DNA of 63,369 bases, counting the filler, from Circinaria calcarea (taxonomy: Eukaryota): NCBI GenBank assembly GCA_051942165.1. It is 15 parts of 15 records of this genome, joined end to end, with 100 filler letters (N's around TTAATTAATTAA, not from the genome) between each part and the next. Parts side by side here need not be neighbours in the genome. Positions count along the whole stretch, not along the records: positions 55,029 to 59,150 come from JAVECS010002458.1; positions 59,251 to 63,369 come from JAVECS010002459.1; 13 more parts are not named here. One strand, given 5' to 3'. The notes under the pieces were generated by a model, which did not search any database, had not been told where the DNA came from, and saw only the letters and a list, made by a program, of their open reading frames with translations. Made by a program: the position numbers and the translations under genes. Positions 57,416 through 63,369 of the stretch are shown here, piece after piece (within the stretch, counting starts at the first letter, position 1; every line of letters starts with the position of its first letter).

Positions 57416-59251
57416 GGGAGGGAAAGGGCACTGAGGAAGGGAAGGGATCTTGTATAAAGGGATTTGGAAGGTTGGAGGTCGTAGATAGCGTCTGCCGCTT
57501 TATAACTATTCAAAGCCTCTCACAAATTCTTGCATGGTTACATTTCACAGACACGATCTCTGCATTCCTAACTCTCCGCCTGCTGGATATTTACCCCTAA
57601 ATACCCCCAAACATTACCTTCTCCAAACCCTGCGAGAAATCCAGGAAATGTTCGTAGTGGACATATCTTAATACCCCTAACTCCTCTCCCTTTGGAGCTG
57701 ATCTGTTCTGAATCCTGTAGGTGGAACGGGGAGAGTTTGGCATCTGTAAGCATTGGGGAAGGGGTTATTGGTTGAGGGAGTGAAGTGATACCATTTGAGC
57801 TGAGCTGATCCAAGAATGGGAGGAAGTAGTGAAGGGATTGGAGTTGGGATGGGTGGATATGTAGCCAAAGGTGTGGTCTTGGGGTAGATGGAGTGGAAGA
57901 AAGGGGAGAACATAGGATCGAAGAAGGGTAGATTCTGACAGGATGTGACCAAAGAGGGAAACTTAAGAGAGTGAGGAGGCTTCGCCAATGATGGGGAATA
58001 CAACATAGTCCTCGCTATCAGCTCCGTGATTGCAACAAAGACTAGTTCGCAGAAGTCGATTTACTTTACACTGGTGAATAGATCGTATCGCAGCCTCGAT
58101 TCTTTCCCTTCTCTCACGGCATCCTTGTTCCAGTTCCATACAAATGCATCCTCATAACCAACGCTCGACACATCCCCTAGACCTAGCATTTGCTCTTCTC
58201 GAGTATGCTTAACTGCGCGGTTATTCCAAGGAATCAATAAAACCGGATTCTCCGTAAGGTACTGAAAGCTTTGGAAAATGTTCGCATCAATAATTTACGT
58301 CCTCTTCTTGTCATAAGGCCTTCCGGTCCTGTCCCGGATTCGGGGGGTGCAGCGACGACCAGACGATGAAGTCACACCTGCCCATCTACCAGTAGAAGCT
58401 GTAGAGCCGAACTCTTCGACTGAACTACTCGCTAAGATGGGCCCGATGTGAAATCACCGCCGAGTCATCACCGCTCCCCCAGAGTAGCTGGCAAGAGACC
58501 TCCCGTAGTCTTATAATGCGATTAGCCTCGAATAAGGGGATGTTCAAGGGCCTTGAATTCGCTGCGATGCTTGATTTGGTCGCCCTGGGCGTACCTCACC
58601 ACTAGCAGAGAGCGTACATGGTTAAAGTCGCACACAGTGCTCCTATTTCGTTCACCTTACTTTTCTCTGCCTCAGTGTTACAATGATCCGCCTCGGACCT
58701 CGCTAAAGCCTCCAGAATTCGTTTCCGTAACGGACGCTTACGGTACTCCGTAAATCCTTCTACTCGAGTCAGATTGTGTTCGCCAGAATGAAGATTCCTC
58801 ACCTATTCTTCCCATCTTGTCCAGACCTATTTTTTCCCATCTTGTCCAGAGAGACCTTCACTGCTGTTGGAGATCCTAGCAATTTATGATCTCGATATAT
58901 ATGAAATTTGAAGAGGCATCACACCACTATCGTAGTATAGCCATGCAGCCATGCTGTCGATATCGCTGTTGTTCTCTGCAGCAACGGTATCTTTTGTGTT
59001 CGAGGCTCATATTCACGGTCCCTCTGCTCCTCCAAACTTCAGGTGTTAGTCTTACCGTTGCCAAGGCGGATGCAGGTAACGCCACTCCGGAACGGCTTTA
59101 CTGGAGGGCGTTAGTCCAGGTACCAGGGCAAATTCTCCACACGTGCTTTTNNNNNNNNNNNNNNNNNNNNNNNNNNNNNNNNNNNNNNNNNNNNTTAATT
59201 AATTAANNNNNNNNNNNNNNNNNNNNNNNNNNNNNNNNNNNNNNNNNNNNA

Positions 59252-59569
59252 GGAACACCTCTTTATGGCGTACGGGGCTTAGTGCCTGTCATTGACAGCT
59301 TTGGTTTTGAGACAGATGTCAGGATACATACACAAGGACAGGCAATGGTAAGTCTGGTATTCGAGAAGTGGAATGTTGTACCAGGAGATCCACTAGATAA
59401 AGAGGTGAAGTTGCGGCCGTTGGAGATGGCTAGCGTTCAGGGGACAGCAAGGGACTTCGTGTTGAAGACGAGGAGAAGGAAGGGATTAAGTGAAGATATT
59501 GGGGTCGGGAAATTCTTGGAACCAGAGTTGTGGAAGGGACTGAAGGAGGGCGGAGTACTAGATGGATAA
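59252..59569 (+). CDS. SNU114: U5 snRNP GTPase Snu114/EFTUD2, 3' end
   Basis: GTPLYGVRGLVPVIDSFGFETDVRIHTQGQA...VPGDPLDK...RDFVLKTRRRKGLSED. Confidence 0.95.
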   Translation, partial: GTPLYGVRGLVPVIDSFGFETDVRIHTQGQAMVSLVFEKWNVVPGDPLDKEVKLRPLEMASVQGTARDFVLKTRRRKGLSEDIGVGKFLEPELWKGLKEGGVLDG

Positions 59570-59940
59570 TTAAGAAATTCGTGCAGGATTGTCGATGTGC
59601 ACTGTGACGCAAAGAGATTAGCGACCGTTAAAATCACGTGATGCATAACTATACCGGTGCCAGAAAATAGGGAGGTTGGGTTTTTTGCCTATTCGAGTAA
59701 AAACGATTTTTGGAGTGGCTGGTGGTACAGTGAGCCATTAGCAACTTTCTTTCGCTCAGGAAATCTCTCAGTGCCAAAACCTCCATTGACTTCAGTTGAC
59801 TCTGCCTTCTTCATCTTCTTCAATCGACTCGATATCGGTCTTACTCTGCCTTCTTCATCTTCTCCAATCAATTCGATAACGGTCTTACTCCGTCATTGGT
59901 ACACCTCTCTACATCACAGTATTGCAATTCGTCCCACAAG

Positions 59941-61416
59941 ATGGCCTTCGACTTGCTCGGCCTGCCCTTTGAGCTCCGTTTGATGATCTGGGCTTTTCTA
60001 TGCCCTCTGCTACTAGATGATTATGGGAATCTTGAGACTTTATTCGTTAATTTCGGCAACGGCAGCGATTTGAGGAAGAATAAAGCCAACGGCTTGCTTT
60101 GGTTCGATAAACTTGGCAATAACCTTAGTCCCCGGATACTTTGCACCAGTCGTATGTTCAAGAACGAATTGGCCCCTTTCATCTACGGGCAGCAGGTCTT
60201 TGTGTTGCGAAACGCTCCAATTGCTCTGAAGTGGTTGAAGTCAATCGGAAAAGTCAATTGGAGTCACATACGCCACATACATCTCGGAGACATTGACGGG
60301 CAGAAAAAGGCTATACCACGCATTTTGGCAGGAATGCCTAAATTGAAGAGCTTGGACGTCTTCGGTGGTCACCTTATCCGTTACTGTGTGAAGCCAACCT
60401 ATGAACCACTGAGGCTTCATGCCCGTGCCGCCAAATCCATTATAAGCCTGCCTCATCTCGACCGCCTCCATGTGGGCCCTCTTGTCTTCAATGTGGAACT
60501 CGTCAAAAACAATCCGAACCTGGAACGTTTAACTGTGGAAGTTGCGCTTACAATGGGAGAGCAGCTTGCGAACGGATTTACAGGTCTTCCGAACCTGAAG
60601 CATTTATCTCTTCTCTACTGCGGATTTCAAACACAATATATCATAGATTTACCTGAAGGCTTTTTCAACCGCCTTGCTCCACTAGAGACTTTTGAGTATG
60701 CTGGACTCTATTGGAGCAGCAAACAGACCAAGGAGTTCATCGGTCAGCACGGCTCAACCCTCCGCTCTATGACTTTGGAGTTAACCCTCTGCTCTCTAAC
60801 CTTCGGAAATCCCAGTTTCGTTAAAGAAGTCAGTGAGGCCCAACAAAAGGAAGTCACCGAACAACACCTTCCCAACCTTGCAGAACTCTTTCGGAACCTA
60901 CCCCGTCTATATTCTCTCAAAGTCTACAGCGTCGAGGTTACTTGTGCCATGTTAACGATTATGCCGCCGTCCCTCGAAATTCTGGATTATAGGCTCCATT
61001 GTTGCAACATATTCGACTTGGACACCAACGTCAAATCTTTAGCTTTGCAGTGTCCAAAATTAAGACATTTCCGATTTATGGGCTACCCATCGCCGACATA
61101 CAAGGTCTCTCCATGCGCCAACTCCCCCATGTTCCACGAGACTTTGAATTTCTTGGAGGCCAAGGGCGTTCTTGTCGTGTCACCCTCTTGTCTGGCCCGC
61201 GGATGCAGACCCCAAGATAGTCTCGAGCATTTGAGAACACGCCCGTGTGAATGTGAGATTAAAGATACCTATCGAATTGGTTTTCGAGTCCGGCAACCGA
61301 TCTTGGGTAACTTCGATGGAGTCTCGCCTTGGAGAACATTCCCGGACGACGAAAATTTACGAGTTTGTTCGTGGTGTGAAAGAAAACGGATGGAATCTGG
61401 AACATCGGAAGACTGA
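59941..61416 (+). CDS. Intronless F-box-like / LRR-like protein with a Cys-rich C-terminus
   Basis: MAFDLLGLPFELRLMIW F-box-like start, repeated LPxLxxLxL motifs, and a C-terminal C/H cluster ending CSWC. Confidence 0.7.
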   Translation: MAFDLLGLPFELRLMIWAFLCPLLLDDYGNLETLFVNFGNGSDLRKNKANGLLWFDKLGNNLSPRILCTSRMFKNELAPFIYGQQVFVLRNAPIALKWLKSIGKVNWSHIRHIHLGDIDGQKKAIPRILAGMPKLKSLDVFGGHLIRYCVKPTYEPLRLHARAAKSIISLPHLDRLHVGPLVFNVELVKNNPNLERLTVEVALTMGEQLANGFTGLPNLKHLSLLYCGFQTQYIIDLPEGFFNRLAPLETFEYAGLYWSSKQTKEFIGQHGSTLRSMTLELTLCSLTFGNPSFVKEVSEAQQKEVTEQHLPNLAELFRNLPRLYSLKVYSVEVTCAMLTIMPPSLEILDYRLHCCNIFDLDTNVKSLALQCPKLRHFRFMGYPSPTYKVSPCANSPMFHETLNFLEAKGVLVVSPSCLARGCRPQDSLEHLRTRPCECEIKDTYRIGFRVRQPILGNFDGVSPWRTFPDDENLRVCSWCERKRMESGTSED

Positions 61417-63156
61417 TCATGCGTGGGCTCGCACCTATCACTTTCTCCAGCGAACAAGCGTCTGTTGGAGTCTTTAACTGGTCGAATGGAAAGCACCGTC
61501 CTCGGTCAGATTGTTACACCCATCAACAAGGTACGACGGTTTCTTCATCATAGAGGCTTTCATACTGCACACGCAATCGTCGAGGAACAGAAGAGATACT
61601 TGGGAAAACCCTGCTGTCTGGACTCCGAGGACAATAACTGCTGGTAGAAAGCAGTACCAGAGCACCTTTTTTTCTTCCCCCCCCCGCCCCTTTTTCTTTT
61701 CTTTGAAGAACTGGATACAGATTGAAGAGTGAAGAATGTATTGGTGAAGGAGGAGGAAGAAGAAATATTCGTTGCCTGTAAGACCATTCGTCATCCAACC
61801 TTTCTGCACCAGAAGAAACTCGTGTTCTTCGAAATTGTCAATCCTACGGACGAGGGAGCTGGATAGGAAATGGATGTCCTTTCGTCTAGAGCACTATTGG
61901 AGCATCTGACTGTTTGACAACAAGAGATTCGTATTCCTCAAGGCTAGCAACCCATCTGACAAAGAGGGCCGAAGGAGGAAAGGGGGAATTGCATCTCATC
62001 ACGGTTGTCACATTTGGAGTTATGTTTGTTTTTTGTTTTTTTCGGAGATAGTCAAGTCGGTAGACGCATAACTTCCTTTTAAATGCGAATATCATATCAA
62101 CAAACGCTTATGACCTGCATTCATTCGATTGCTGTAGGAAACGAGTTACCTTTAGTATGACTCGCTTTAAACCCCCTTGGCATAGTCTAAGGGGCTTCTC
62201 GGTACTATACAGTAGAAAACATCAACACTCCCCCATCCAATCTCCTCTGTAATTTCATTAAATTTTCCCTTACCGAAGAATTTTTTCCAAAGGTTCATCC
62301 GAGCTTACGCGGGCGGATTTCAATTTTTTCAAGCAAACCCCTATTCTCCCCAATTCTCCCCAATTCTCCCCACATCTGGAAGCGGGGCCGGTCAACCTTT
62401 TTCCTTACCTCTACCAAACGTACAAAAGTGTAATTTTCACAACGGGGGCTCCTTAAAAAAAAGGCCAGTGAACTTTCCAACGCTTTTTCCGAAAAAAAAT
62501 TACCCCAAAACACCTTCGACGCGCCACTCCCCCCCCCCTCCTTCTTTTCACCCAATCTAAAATCCCAAAAGCCAAACCCTAGCGAGTGGGCAGGGCACAA
62601 AGTGAGTATCAACCAGACCCACGACCACAGATCCCAAGGACTTTGCGGCCTACACCCTGCAGGTTTCGGGGGGAAAAGACTCCGAGGAGGCAGATACGCG
62701 TAGCTCGGATCTTGGAGCTCGGATCTTGGAGCTTCGAGCTTCGAGCTTCGAGCCCGCGGTGTTTTTGGGGGAATTTTATATATTTAGAGAATCAAAAAGC
62801 GGTTGGGGTAAAGAAGCTAGAGCTAAAGCTAGAGTCCCAGGGGCTATATACGGCCATATGTATGTATGTATGTATGTATGTATGTGGGTGGATGCGGTAT
62901 TTAGAGTTTGGTTAGGGATCCATAAAGGGGCATGCATGCCAAATGTCTAAATTTTTCAAACGAAACTTCAAAACTTCAAAACTTCGTAGGCTAGGGAATG
63001 TTTCTGTCGGTTTGTCTGCGGCCTCCTGATTCAAACATGTTTTCGTGTTATCTCTCTAAAAATCATGCGTGCGTGAGTGCGAACCAAACTTCCCCCGTTT
63101 CCGTTCCTCTTCCCCCCCGTTCCCTCTTTTCGTCTTTCCCTCCATCCCATCCCCAT

Positions 63157-63303
63157 CTACATCTCCCCGCACATGGCTATCACGACTTCGCTCGCAGGCC
63201 TCTCGCCTCTGGTCCGCGTATTCTCTACCTTGCGCACGACGTCCATGCCGTCGACGACGCGGCCGAAGACAACGTGTTTGTTGTTGAGGAAGGGCGTCGG
63301 GAC
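63157..63303 (-). CDS. Cyclophilin H-type peptidyl-prolyl isomerase, last exon (not in the ORF track)
   Basis: After a GCTAAC branch site and AAG acceptor it reads VPTPFLNNKHVVFGRVVDGMDVVRKVENTRTRGERPASEVVIAMCGEM-stop; the CGEM end is typical of CypH. Confidence 0.88.
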   Translation of the reverse strand, partial: VPTPFLNNKHVVFGRVVDGMDVVRKVENTRTRGERPASEVVIAMCGEM

Positions 63304-63369
63304 CTTGTGCGCCGGGGGCGTGTTAGCGAGCTGGAAAAATCAAAGGGAAAAAGGGGGGAAGGGGGAGGG

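Noticed and set aside
58802..58850. 25-bp tandem duplication CCTATT(C/TT)TTCCCATCTTGTCCAGA
   Set aside because: Two copies only; ordinary slippage duplication in non-coding DNA.
4144..59250. Regularly spaced TTAATTAATTAA repeats resembling an array
   Set aside because: They are embedded in N runs and are an artificial six-frame-stop linker, not CRISPR or a biological repeat.
63069..63287. Plus-strand 72-aa ORF
   Set aside because: It is the antisense shadow of the cyclophilin H last exon.

Overview
This is not a contiguous locus. It is 15 short contigs of a filamentous ascomycete (Pezizomycotina) assembly, 4143 down to 4119 bp and sorted by decreasing length. They are joined by artificial 100-nt linkers (N44-TTAATTAATTAA-N44), so adjacency across linkers means nothing. 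Contig 1 is nuclear rDNA on the minus strand: the 3' end of 28S, the IGS/ETS and the 5' half of 18S. The 18S V4 looks Chaetothyriomycetidae-like, and the intron load resembles lichen-forming or black fungi. The 18S carries two group I introns: an IE-type intron at S516, and an S114 intron whose enlarged P1 loop holds a frameshifted His-Cys box homing-endonuclease relic. The other contigs carry ordinary intron-containing genes or gene parts: EMW1/TTC27-like, a SET/MYND gene with an internal TAA, HAD hydrolase, PEX5, a two-RRM protein, a tandem KP4/Ecp2-like protein, MIOX, UBP8, RBD2 rhomboid, Gfo/Idh/MocA oxidoreductase, SUR2-like hydroxylase, the complex I 78-kDa subunit, PPS1, RTA1 plus a Zn2Cys6 factor, a frameshifted propeller/Ig/WSC protein, RSE1, a small Cys-rich secreted protein, SNU114, an F-box/LRR-like protein and cyclophilin H. 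Features the ORF track does not show include a C/D box snoRNA (snR41/U62-type, guiding 18S Am541) inside an RSE1 intron, two non-autonomous TIR elements, RIP-like AT-rich tracts and the last exon of cyclophilin H. All family assignments come from motif recognition by eye, not from database searches.
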